Origin: the human T2T-CHM13v2.0 reference genome, Homo sapiens
Assembly: GCF_009914755.1 (NCBI RefSeq)
Contig: NC_060929.1
Direction: 5' to 3' (one strand)
DNA: 64,000 nucleotides
The position numbers were made by a program, and so were the translations under genes. Shown here piece after piece: positions 32,457 to 48,264 of the stretch (its first letter is position 1; each line of letters opens with the position of its first letter). The notes beneath the pieces were generated by a model. The model had not been told where the DNA came from. It did no database searches and saw nothing but the letters and a program-made list of their open reading frames with translations.

Positions 32457-35400
32457 CCAGCTCCTTTTTGCAATCCAACAATCCATGTAAATATTCATGT
32501 ATGGCATTAAGATTGAAAATTCCAATTCAGCACAGAATGACAAGTCCAAAGTGAAAATATAATGAGAATTAAATCCATATTTATACCAACACATTGAGCA
32601 GGACAAGTGAATAAACTAAGTTGGAAAAAATGTAAATATTTCTTAGGGAAGTTGAAAACTACATACAGGATTCATAAATGTCATCACCTAGATCACTGTG
32701 AGCCTACTGTTGTAGAAAATGAAAAATATCAGGGAAGATTTTTGAGCCTTCCAAACTTTTCTTAATGTCTGATAATAAAGAAACTAATTATGAAGATAGC
32801 ATGTATAAGAGTAGCTTATGAAATAGAGGGGTCTGGTTCATGTATCATGTAAAACTATAAGAGTTTCTTTTCAATTTTCCTATTTAGGAGATTTCTTAAA
32901 CTCAAATATAAGGAAAATAAAACTGCAGATCACTTTGTAATTCCCAGTGTACCATCCTTACAAGATATTAGCTTCTCAAAATGAAATAAACATCCTCAAA
33001 CAAAGCAAAAAATAGTACTCAAAAAACTCAATGCTTGTCAAATCATAGAATAAAAGAGGCAAAATGATCCAAATTGCCATCTTCTGAAAGAAAGTATGTA
33101 TCAGGTATGTTAGAGCAACCCTGCTAAAGGTGCTAAATGTAACCACCAACTCAGACTCCAGTGTCTTGAACACGAATGAACACACTCACTTATCTACTCA
33201 TTTATTTATTCATTCATCCAGTTATTCATTCAACACGTACGTATTCATTGAGCTCCTGTTATGTACCACACACCATACTAAGTGTTAGATCAAATGTGGT
33301 AAGCATATCGTGAAAGAATAACAGCATGGAGAAAATTAAGACAGGTAGTCAGAAGAAGCAGCTAACTGAAATGAAGAGAGATTGGAGAGATTGCCTAGGA
33401 GCCAGACATCTGAACTCCTCTTCCCTTTACTATTTAGAGTTGATGGGACATTGGGCAAACCCTGACTTATTTACCTTTCTAGTGACTATAAGAAACTCAA
33501 AAGAATACAAATTGTAAATTTTCATGTAAAGTTTTGTACATTGCAAAATGCTCTGTAAATGTAATTGCTCCACCAAAAAATAGCAGTCTCCATTGACCTT
33601 ACACTTTTTCTCCAATGCATGTTTCAACATGCTGTCAAGTTAGTTCTCCTCCACTGCTTGCTTGAAATTTGGGATAGGTCGCAAATTTTTCGTGTTCTCA
33701 CAGATAATGAATTTCTTCAATAATATTTAGTCAATAAGGTCTTCATTTTCATTAATTGAAGAATGTACAGTTTTCTATAACATGAAATCATGGCTCTTGA
33801 TTCAAATCCTGTCATGAAAAAGGGAGTGTGATTAGATTCTTGTCTATTCTACCTTGTCCTGTATCTAGGTACCATTTTTCCCTCTACCTAGACCACCGCT
33901 TTGTACCAAAGGAATTGTCACTGGGAAAGGAGAGGTAAGAACAAGAAAAGTCTCAGTTGACAGTGCCACTGGGTTCTAGGCACTGTGGCTGCCTGGGCAT
34001 CCAGCACTGGATCTTCTTTGCATAGAGGACATTATTCATTCTTCAGGAGCCCACTCATTAACAAAGAGCTCTTAACTGGAGATTTCTTCTTTAGAAAGCT
34101 ATTTAGTTTCCCCCTCAGCCCCTGATTTTAAAGGTCTAGCCCACAAGCCACTCCCTGTTTGGGACCTATAACTCTTCCAGAGCTCAAGTACCTGTCTTTT
34201 TCCTTATATCCTAATTATGGTCCACAGAAAATCTCATGTTTCCTTTGCTACAACAAACTCTGGGAGTACAAACCATTCCCAGCACAGCTTTCTCTCATAT
34301 ACCCACTGTCAGCCCAGCCCTTGGCTAAACAGGATACCCACATTCACTGTGTCTGTCTTTTAGGTTGCGTTGAACTTTACTAAAAATAATAATAAATAAT
34401 GAACTGAATCCATAAGCTTACTAAAGTCATAGCTACTCAAAAAGGTCAATAATAATTATTTAAGTCAGCTACTTATGTCTAGATACCACAGATATATTTG
34501 AAAATTTTCTTCCAAAAGTAAAATGTGGGTCATTTTTAAAGTAAATGAGTGCCAATGGGTAATATTAGTAAATGAAATACGAAACTTTTATGCACTGAAG
34601 ACATCATTATATAAGAAATACAACAACCCCTATTGCTTGTCTGATCCCTTATTGCGGATTGAAAGATAAAGGCTTTGTTTCAATCTAGTGCATATTCACT
34701 GTCAAAATAAGCCTAACTTCCAGTAGCAATTTTGCTTGGCTTAACTAGTACATAAAAGCTGGGAAAATAATGACACTGAAATCCAATATTATGTCACTGA
34801 AACCAAAGGCGGTCTCTTCTAATTGTAGGATAGATTCTATGTTGTCAACTCTTGTTTAATGAAATAAAGGCATTGAGGTAGGTTTTTCCACTATCTCACA
34901 TGTTAATCTTATCAGCTAAACCAGAAAAACTAAAATATCTTTGATTGATGAAATAAAATTCATTTCTTTTATAAAGATTTCCTGAGGTTTTTTAATATCA
35001 GTTATTCAAAAATAGAAGTAGTTTGCTCTTTGCTCTGTATGGTACTCTGACTATTGTATAAACACAGTGTCACTTTTGACAAGAAAACTAAAATTTGGAA
35101 ATTCTCCACCATATTTCAGGGTGCCATTTACAGAACAAAAGTAACTATGTAAAAAGACCTCAAAATATCTATGTTTTTCATACAAACCAAAATAAATACA
35201 TATACTCTGATTACACAAGTGCCCCCCTTAAAGATCAGAGTGTTTCATACTGTCTTGGATTATCATAAGGTATTCTGAGGAATTATGTTCTGCCTTCTTT
35301 ATAATAAAAAAGTATTATTTCCTTCAGACAGAAGGATGGCAATAAATATATCCTGGATGTGTTTTTTAAACTTTAAAATTCTACATAACCTTGTGTGTCT

Positions 35401-37731
35401 TAATCTGACTATGTGCAATGTAGATTAGTAGATATTAAACATGCAAACCCTACCTGTCTTGTCTTTTCTCAACAGGATTCTCACTTCATATTGAAATATT
35501 TTTTGATCAGGTGTAATAATGGGGTTTGATTGGGTGTAGTTCAATCCCATTGTTGGTGACTAAATGTAGGAGATCTTCCAAATTTTCCTTAAAAGATTAT
35601 ATACTAACTGAAGAATCCACTTAAGGTTACAAATATGCAGCCCAAATACTCTCTGGTTGAATTACACCCTGAACTATATCTTACAAAGAAGTCAATGCTC
35701 TTTGACAAACAAATATTCATGACTCAATTTTGTGTTCTAAAACTCATCTAATCTGGAGGTCATTTCACTTTACTTCCAAAACCGACTTGTAACTGAATTA
35801 AGAGCATGTTCTCTTTCCTCCGCCCAGCCTGCACCCCCAGCCGAGTATATGTAAAGTAATGGTTATGAGTCAAATTATAAAGGAAAAAATACAGATAGGT
35901 AATAAATGTTCCAATGCTGCCTATGTAATTTATGAAATCAGAATTACAGGAAGTGTCACTGTATTAGTCCATTTTCATGCTGCCAATAAAGACATACCCA
36001 AGACTAGGTAATTTATAAAGAAAAAGTGGTGTAATGGACTCAGTTTCACATGCCCGGGGAGTGCTCATAATCATGGCAGAAGGTGAAAGGCACATCTCAC
36101 ATGGTGGCAGGCAAGCAGAGAATAAGAGCCAAGTGAAAGGGGTTTCCCATTGTAAAACCATGAGATCTCATGAGACCTCATGAGACTTATTCACTACCAC
36201 GAGAACAGTGTGGGGAAAACCACCCCCATGATTCAATTATCTTTCACCCAGTCCCTCCCACAACACAAGGGAATTATGGAAGCTACAATTCAAGAAGAGA
36301 TTTAGGTGGTGACACAGCCAAACCGTATCATTCCACCTCAGGCTCATCCCCAATCTCAAGTCCTCACATTTCCAAACCAATCATTCCTTCCCAACAGTCC
36401 CCCAAAGTCTTAACTCATTTCAGCATTAACCCAAAGCCCACAGTCCAAAGTCATATCTGAGACATGGCAAGTCCCTTCTGCCTATGAACCTGTAAAATCA
36501 AAAGCAAGTTAGTTACTTCCTAGATACAGCAGAAGTACATTGAATAAATACATGGCTCCAAATGGGAGAAATGGGCCAAAACAAAGAAGCTAAAGGCCTC
36601 ATGCAAGTCTGAAATCCAGCAGGGCAGTCAAATCTTAAAGCTCCAAAATAATCTCCTTTTACTCTATGTCTCATATACAGGTCACACTGATATGTTGTGG
36701 GAAATCAGGGACCCCAAATGGAGGGATCGGCTGGAGCTGCAGCAGAGGAACATAAATTGTGAAGATTTAATGGACTTTTATCAGTTCCCAAATAATACTT
36801 TTATAATTTCTTATGCTTCTCTTTACTTTAATCCCTTAATCCTGTTATCTTCATAAGCTGAAGATATATGCCACCTCAGGACCACTATGATAATTGTGTT
36901 AACTGTACAAATTGATTGCAAAACATGTGTGTTTGAACAATATGAAATCAGTGCACCTTGAAAAAGAACAGAATAACAGCGATTTTTAGGGAACAAGGGA
37001 AGACAACCATAAGGTCTGACTCCCTGAAGGGTTGGGCAAAAAGAGCCATATTTTTCTTCTTGCAGAGAGCCTGTAAAAGGATGTGCAAGTAGGAGAGATA
37101 TCACTACATTCTTTTCCTAGCAAGGAATATTAATATTAATACCCTGGGGAAGGAATGCATCCCTGGGGGGAGGTCTATAAATGGCATCTCTGGGAATGTC
37201 TGTTTTACGCAGTTGAGATAAGGACTGAGATACACCCTGGTCTCCTGCAGTACCCTCAGGCTTACTAGGGTGGAGAAAAACTCCACCCTGGTAAATTTGT
37301 GGTCAGACCGGTTCTCTGCTCTCGAACCCTGTTTTCTATTGTTTAAGATGTTTATCAAGACAATATGTGCACTGCTGAACATAGACCCTTATCAGTGGTT
37401 CTGCTTTTTCCCTTTGTCCTGTTCCCTCAGAAGCATGTGATCTTTGTTAAATCCTTATTAGCAGTTCTGCTTTTTGCCCTTTGAAGCATGTGATCTTTGT
37501 ACCTACTCCCTGTTCTTACAACCCCTCCCCTTTTGAAACCCTTAATGAAAACTTACTGGTCTGAGACTCAGGCGGGCATCATGGTCCCACCGATATGTGA
37601 TGTCACCCCTGGCTGCCCAGCTGTAAAATTCCTCTCTTTGTACTGTCTCTCTTTATTTCTCAGCCAGCCAACACTTATGGAAAATAGAAAGAACCTACAT
37701 TGAAATACTGGGGGCAGTTTCCCCCAATATC

Positions 37732-37748
37732 TGGTGCACCAACATGGT
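37732..37748 (+). promoter_or_regulatory. Degenerate tRNA-Lys-type primer binding site
   Basis: 'tggtgcaccaacatgg' just after the LTR resembles the HERV-K PBS TGGCGCCCAACGTGG; retroviral splice-donor-like 'ggtgagt' at 37854-37860. Confidence 0.75.
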
Positions 37749-37885
37749 TTTCTTTTTCCTAAGTGCATGTGGGAACCCGATTCCCCTTGGTAGGTGCATA
37801 GAAATGTTCTTCAGTCCGGTTCACAAAAACGCTTGTTCGGCTCCCTGATGATTGGTGAGTTGTCTGTGTCTTGTCCAGTGTAACT

Positions 37886-38714
37886 ATGGGTCATGTAGAG
37901 TCTAAATGTTGTGCTTATATCTGCTATATTAAACTCCTGTTAAACAGGGGGGAGTTCAGGTACCCATGAAAAATATGATCACCCTATTCAGGGCGATGGA
38001 AGAACACTGTCCTTTGTTTCCTGAAAAGGGAACGTGAGATGTGGAACTATGGGATTGTGTTGATGCAAAATTCCAGGAACTGTTCCCAACAAGAAATTAT
38101 GTTCCCATCACTGTTTGGGGTGATTGGGCCTTGGTACGTGCTGTCCTAATGACATACCAATCCTGTGGCCCCCTGAAGTTACCACAGTTTTCTGAATCTG
38201 GTGACCCTCTACCTCTTCCTCAGCTTTCCTATCCTGCTTGGCCTTTGTTATCTGCTCAGCCTCCCCCTTCGCCTACTCTTCCCCACCTGATGATACTGAG
38301 GATTCAATATCTAACTCCGGTGACTTTGGCTTAACATCACCCCTGATGATCTTATTTCTTTTCATGAAGAGCCACTACTTGCAACTCCCACGGCCCCGAC
38401 TCGGACAGCCCAGGACCATATCTATGCTAACTCTTCCCTCTTCAAACCTTTGCAGCCTTTGCCTCTGGAGCCATCTAATGGCTCTGGGACCAAACTACAA
38501 TTTACCTGTAATTCTGCAGGCCCTCCCCCAATGCCCCTTTCTCATGCTCTCATACCGGTCCTACCCCCTCAACCTCAGTTTCCCTTATCTAAACATACTT
38601 TTCCTGTCACTTCTATGCTGACTCTGTCTCATGTGCCTGTTCTTGAAACTTCCATGCAATGCTCATTATGCCAGAACAAAGAAACAAGTGGATTAGAGGT
38701 GTGGGCTTATCCGG
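37886..38714 (+). pseudogene. gag: Betaretroviral gag remnant (matrix plus Pro-rich region), disrupted and truncated
   Basis: MGHVESKCCAYICYIKLLL, frameshift, then GGVQVPMKNMITLFRAMEEHCPLFPEKGT*DVELWD, resembling HERV-K matrix (GGVKVSTKNLIKLFQIIEQFCPWFPEQGTLDLKDW). Confidence 0.85.
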
Positions 38715-40718
38715 CCAACACTTATGGAAAATAGAAAGAACCTACATTGAAATATTGGGGCAGGTTCCCCCAAAACTGATACAAGAGGTGGGTTCCCATG
38801 ATCTTGGGCAGCTTTGCTCTTGTGGATTTGCAGGGTATAGCCTCCCTCCCAGCTGCTTTTATGGGCTGGTGTTGAGTGTCTGAGGCTTTTCCAGATACAC
38901 GGTGTAAGCAGTCAGTGTATCTACCATTCTGGGGCCTGGAGGATAGTGACTCTCTTCTCATGGTTCCACCAGGCAGTGCCCCAGTGGAGACTCTGTGTGC
39001 GGGCTTCAGCCCCACATTTCTCTTCTGGACTGCCCTAGTAGAAGGTCTCCATGAGGGCTGCATCTCTGCAGCAAACTTCTGCCTGGACATCCAGGGGTTT
39101 CCATACATCCTCTGAAATCTAGGCAGGGGTTCCCAAACCTCAGTTCTTGACTTCTGTTCAACTGAAGTCTCAATGCCACGTGGAAGCTGCCAAGGCTTGG
39201 GGTTTGCACTCTCTGATGCCACAGTCTGGGTTCTATTGGCCCCTTTTAGCCGTGACTGGAGTGGCTGGTAGGCTGCACACAGCAGGAGGGCCCTGGGCCT
39301 CAGCCACAAAAACACTTTTTCTTCTGAGGCCTCTGGGTCTGTGATGGGAGAAGCTGCCACAAAGGTCTCTGACATGCCCTGGAGACATTTCCCCCATTAT
39401 CTTGGTGATTAACACTTGGCTCCTTGTTACTTATGCAAATTTCTGCAGCCAGCTTGAATTTCTCCTCAGAAAATGGGTTCTTCTTTTCTATGACATCATC
39501 AGGCTGCAAGTTTTCTGAACTTTTATGCTATATCCCTTTTAAAACTGAATGCTTTTGGCAGCACCCAAGTCACCTCTTGAACGCTTTGCTGCTTGGAAAT
39601 TTCTTTTTCCAGATGGCCTAATTCATCTCTCTCAAGTTCAAAGTTCCACAAATCTCTAGGGCAGGAGCAAAGTGCTGCCAGTCTCTTTGCTAAAACATGG
39701 CATGAGTCACCTTTACTCCAGTTCCCAAAAGTTCTTCATCTACATCTGAGACAACCTCAGCCTTGATTTCATTGTCCATATCATTATCAGCATTTTGGTC
39801 AAAGCCATTCAATAAGTCTCTAGGAAGCTCCAAACTTTCCCACATTTTCCTGTCTTCTTCTGAGCCCTCCAAACTCTTCCAACCTCTGCCTGTTACCCAG
39901 TTCAAACGTTGTTTCCACATGCCCGGGTATCTTTATAGAAGCACCCCACTCTCCCAGTACCAATTTACTTGTTAGTCAGTTTTCATGCTGCTGATAAAGA
40001 CATACCTGAGACTGGGTAATTTATAAAGAAAACAGATTTAATGGACTCACAGTTCCATGTGGTTGTTGGGGGCCTCACAATCATGGTAAAAAGCAAAAGG
40101 TACATCTTACACAGTGGCAGAGAAGCAGATAATGACAGCCAAGTGAAAGGAGTTTCCCCTTATAAAGCCATCAGATCGTGTGAGACTTATTCAAGAGAAC
40201 AGTAAGGGAGAAACCGCCCCCCTGATTCAATTGTCTCCCATGGAGTCCCTCCTACAACATGTGGGAATTACGGGAGCTACAATTCAAGATGAGATTCGGG
40301 TGGGGACACAGTCAAACCATATTAGTCACCTTCTGTGGATAATGAACTTCTCAGAAGACCAACCAGAACCTAAGCACTTTGAGTTAGAATTGTAGCATCC
40401 CATTAATTTATTTACTTGTGTTCAAGTCCACTATCTTGTAACTGGAGAAAGGAAGAATAAAACGTCACAAACACATGTAGAGAAAAAGTTATCCAAATAA
40501 TCTTACAGTGGAGTGGTTTTAAAAAGAAAAATTTGCTTATTTTTTTTTCCAAATTAAGCTTACTTACTTCTTATTACTTATAATCATTGCTATTCCTAGA
40601 CCACAATTGTTACTAATAAAGGACTCAAAGGAATAACAAGTAAATAAGACAATATCTTTACCCTCAAGAAGCTCACAGACTTAGTAGAAGAAATAGCTGC
40701 ATTTAAAAAGAGTTTCCC

Positions 40719-41055
<337 letters not shown>

Positions 41056-42034
41056 CTATCAGAGTATTACAAGGTGCTGAAATGCTGAAACACTGTGCTT
41101 ATACTGTAATCATAGTATCAGACAGAGCAAACTACCCTTATTTTTGAGTTACTGACATTTAAAAATCTTGTGAGAGCACTATAAAAGCAGCACATTTTAT
41201 TTCATGAATGAAATACATTGTAGGTTTTCTGGTTTAACTGAATTAATATTAATATCTGAGATAAAGGAAAAATCTGCCACAATGCCTTTATTTTATTGAA
41301 CAAAGATGTTGGCCCCTAAAAAGCAATTGTATTTTTAAGATGAAATTATATAACTGGTTCTTACAAAAATTAAAGAATACAGAATAAATAGGCAAGTATT
41401 CTAAGCAAGTATCAAATTAGTCAAACAACCTCGACCTCAAATGAAACTTTCATTATGACAATCACCATTATTGGAAGCCTGTTTAAAAATGTTGATTTTG
41501 TGGCTTTCTAATGCAAATGCAAAACCATAATGGAGGTCTAGACAAGATGGCCAATTGGGAACAGCTCCAGTCTACAGCTCCCAGCATGAACAATGCAGAA
41601 GATGAATGATTCCTGCATTTCCAACTCAGCTTTGAAGAAAGTAGTTGCTTTCCCAGCATGCAGCTTGAGATCTGAGAATGGACAGACTGCCTCCTCAAGT
41701 GGGTCCCTGACCCATGAGTAGCCTAACTCAGAGGCACCCCCCAGTAGGGGCAGACTGAAATCTCACACAGCCAGATACTCCTCTGAGACAAAACTTCCAG
41801 AGGAGCAATCGAGCAGCAACATTTACTCTTCACCAATATCCGCTGTTCTGCAGCCTCCGCTGCTGATACCCAGGCAAATAGGGTCTGGAGTGGACCTCCA
41901 GCAAACTCCAACAGACCTGCAGCTGAGGGTCCTGACTTTTAGAAGGAAAACCAACAAACAGAAAGGACATCCACACCAAAACCCCATCTGTACATCACCA
42001 TCATCAAAGACCAAAGGTAGATAAAACCGCAAAG

Positions 42035-43049
42035 AGGGGGAAAAAACAAACAAGAAAAACTGAAAATTTTAAAAACCAGAGCACCTCTTCTCCTCCAAAG
42101 GAATGCAGCTCCTCACCAGCAATGGAAGAAAGCTGGATGGAGAATGACTTTGATTACTTGAGAGAAGAAGGCTTCAGACGATCAAACTTCTCCAAACTAA
42201 AGGAGGAAGTTTGAATCCATGTCAAAGAAGTTAAAAACCTTGAAAAAGATTAGATGAATGGATAACTAGAATAACAAATGCAGAGAAGTCCTTAAAAGAC
42301 CTGATGGAGCTGAAAACCATGGCACGAGAACTACGTGACGAATGCACAAGCCTCATTAACCAATGCGATCAACTGGAAGAAAGGGTATCCACGATGGAAA
42401 ACGAAATGAATGAAATGAAGCCCAAAGAGAAGTGTAGAGAAAAAAGAATAAAAAGAAATGAACAAAGCCTCCAAGTAATACAGGACTATGTGAAAAGACA
42501 AAATCTACGTCTAATTGGTGTACCTGAAAGCAACGGGGAGAATGGAACCAAGTTGGAAAACACTCTGCAGGATATTATCCAGGAGAACTTCCCCAATCTA
42601 GCAAGGCAGGCCAACATTCAAATTCAGGAAATACAGAGAATGCCACAAAGATACTCCTTGAGAAGAGCAACTCAAAGACACATAATTGTCAGATTCACCA
42701 AAGTTGAGATGAAGGAAAAAATGTTAAGGGCAGCCAGAGAGAAAGGTCGGGTTACCCACAAAGGGAAGCCCATCAGACTAACAGTGGATCTCTCGGCAGA
42801 AACCCTACAAGCCAGAAGAGAGTGGGGGCCAATATTCAACATTCTTAAAGAAAAGAATTTTCAACCCAGAATTTCATATCCAGCCAAACTAAGCTTCATA
42901 AGTGAAGGAGAAATAAAATACTTCACAGACAAGCCAATGCTGAGAGATTTTGTCACCACCAGGCCTGCCCTAAAAGAGCTCCTGAAAGAAGCACTAAACA
43001 TGGAAAGGAACAACCGGTACCAGCCACTGCAAAAACATGCCAAATGTAA
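42035..43049 (+). pseudogene. L1 ORF1p remnant
   Basis: Start codon mutated (aaagAGGggg), early stops; the 269-aa ORF from 42304 matches ORF1p (RLIGVPES..GENGTKLENTLQDIIQENFPNL, YPAKLSF). Confidence 0.93.
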
Positions 43050-43112
43050 AGACCATCGAAGCCAGGAAGAAACTGCATCAACTAATGAGCAAAATAACCA
43101 GCTAACATCATA

Positions 43113-46937
<3,825 letters not shown>

Positions 46938-47544
46938 ACAATAAGAACACACGGACACAGGACGGGGAACATCACACACTGGGGCCTGTTGTGGGGTGGG
47001 GGGAGGGGGGAGGGATAGCATTAGGAGATATACCTAATGCTAAATGATGAGTTAATGGGTGCAGCACACCAACATGGCACATGTATATATATGTAACAAA
47101 CCTGCACGTTGTGCACATGTACCCTAAAACTTAAATTATAATAAAAATAAAATTAAAAAAACCATAATGAAAAGTTCACATTAGAAAATCAACAATTTGA
47201 ATTTGCATTAATTCATCAATACATCAAAAAAAAAAAAAAGAAAAATAGGAAAAAGAATAGACATCATTTTGCCTGGTTCAAGCCTCAGGTGGTAGAACTA
47301 TCCAGAGGAATCAGTGACCTCCACAGGCTCGGAGAGATGCTACACCAAGAGATAATTCAGTACAAACAATACATATAAAACACATAATTATATATATAGA
47401 AATAAACTGGCCCATGTTCTCCCACTTTTTTACTTTAAAACTGAAGACCTGTCTACTGCCATGTGAAGTAAATAGAGAAACCAGAATAAAAACAAACCAG
47501 ACAAAATCATGACTAAGTATCATCAAAAGAAAGGAAACACTTCA

Positions 47545-47835
47545 TAACTCAGAAATGGAAAACCAATCATTGTATGCTTTCACTCATAAGTGGGAGCTAA
47601 GCTTATGAGGACACAAAGGCATAAGAATGAGACATTGAACTTAGGGGACTTGGGAGAAAGGGGAGTGAGGGATAAAAGACTACACATTGGATACAGTGTA
47701 CACTGCTCAGGTGATGGGGGCACCAAAATCTTACAAATCACCACTAAAGAACTTATTCATGCAACCAAGCACCACCTGTTCTTCAAAAACCCATTAAAAA
47801 TTTAAAAATTACAAATTATAAAATAAAATAAATAA
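47545..47835 (+). mobile_element. L1PB 3' end fragment
   Basis: 'ataagtgggagctaagc...gataaaagactacacattgg...tcaccactaaagaacttattcatg'; TSD aaaggaaacacttca (47530-47544 / 47836-47850). Confidence 0.85.
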
Positions 47836-47914
47836 AAAGGAAACACTTCAAGCTTTATTCACAATAAAAATGAATAGACACAATGGTCTGAAGGGAAGAA
47901 TATATATAATATAT

Positions 47915-48264
47915 TCATATATTATGGATATGAACATATGATATATATCATATATTATGGATATGAACATATGATGTGTATCATATATTATGGATATGAA
48001 CATATGATGTGTATCATATATTATGGATATGAACATATGATGTGTATCATATATTATGGATATGAACATATGATGTGTATCATATATTATGGATATGAAC
48101 ATATGATGTGTATCATATATTATGGATATGAACATATGATGTGTATCATATATTATGGATATGAACATATGATGTGTATCATATATTATGGATATGAACA
48201 TATGATGTGTATCATATATTATGGATATGAACATATGATGTGTATCATATATTATGGATATGAA
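47915..48264. repeat. 33-bp minisatellite, ~10.6 copies
   Basis: Unit TCATATATTATGGATATGAACATATGATGTGTA; 9 identical copies at 47948-48244, one variant before and one partial after; degenerate relatives extend to ~48420. Confidence 0.95.

Larger units (their letters stand above)
36693..38775 (+). mobile_element. Internally deleted HERV-K11 (HML-8) provirus with MER11A LTR, nested in THE1-int
   Basis: 5' LTR 36693-37729 ('tgttgtgggaaatcagggacccc...'); PBS; gag start; last ~65 bp of 3' LTR at 38711-38775; 6-bp TSD ctgata (36687-36692 / 38776-38781). Confidence 0.88.
35960..40324 (-). mobile_element. Full-length THE1 (B/C-type) MaLR element; LTRs 35960-36330 and ~39969-40324
   Basis: Two THE1 LTRs flanking THE1-int; perfect 5-bp TSD gtcac (35955-35959 / 40325-40329). 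Confidence 0.92.

Noticed and set aside
37380-37500. Internal direct repeat in the MER11A LTR
   Set aside because: As I recall, such repeats are part of the MER11 consensus rather than locus-specific
38722-39375. 217-aa ORF on the minus strand
   Set aside because: It lies in THE1 internal sequence and ends in the MER11A LTR remnant; a repeat-derived open frame, not a host gene
46980-47015. G-quadruplex-like G tracts (mirrored as C tracts at ~1075-1110)
   Set aside because: Standard feature of L1PA 3'UTRs
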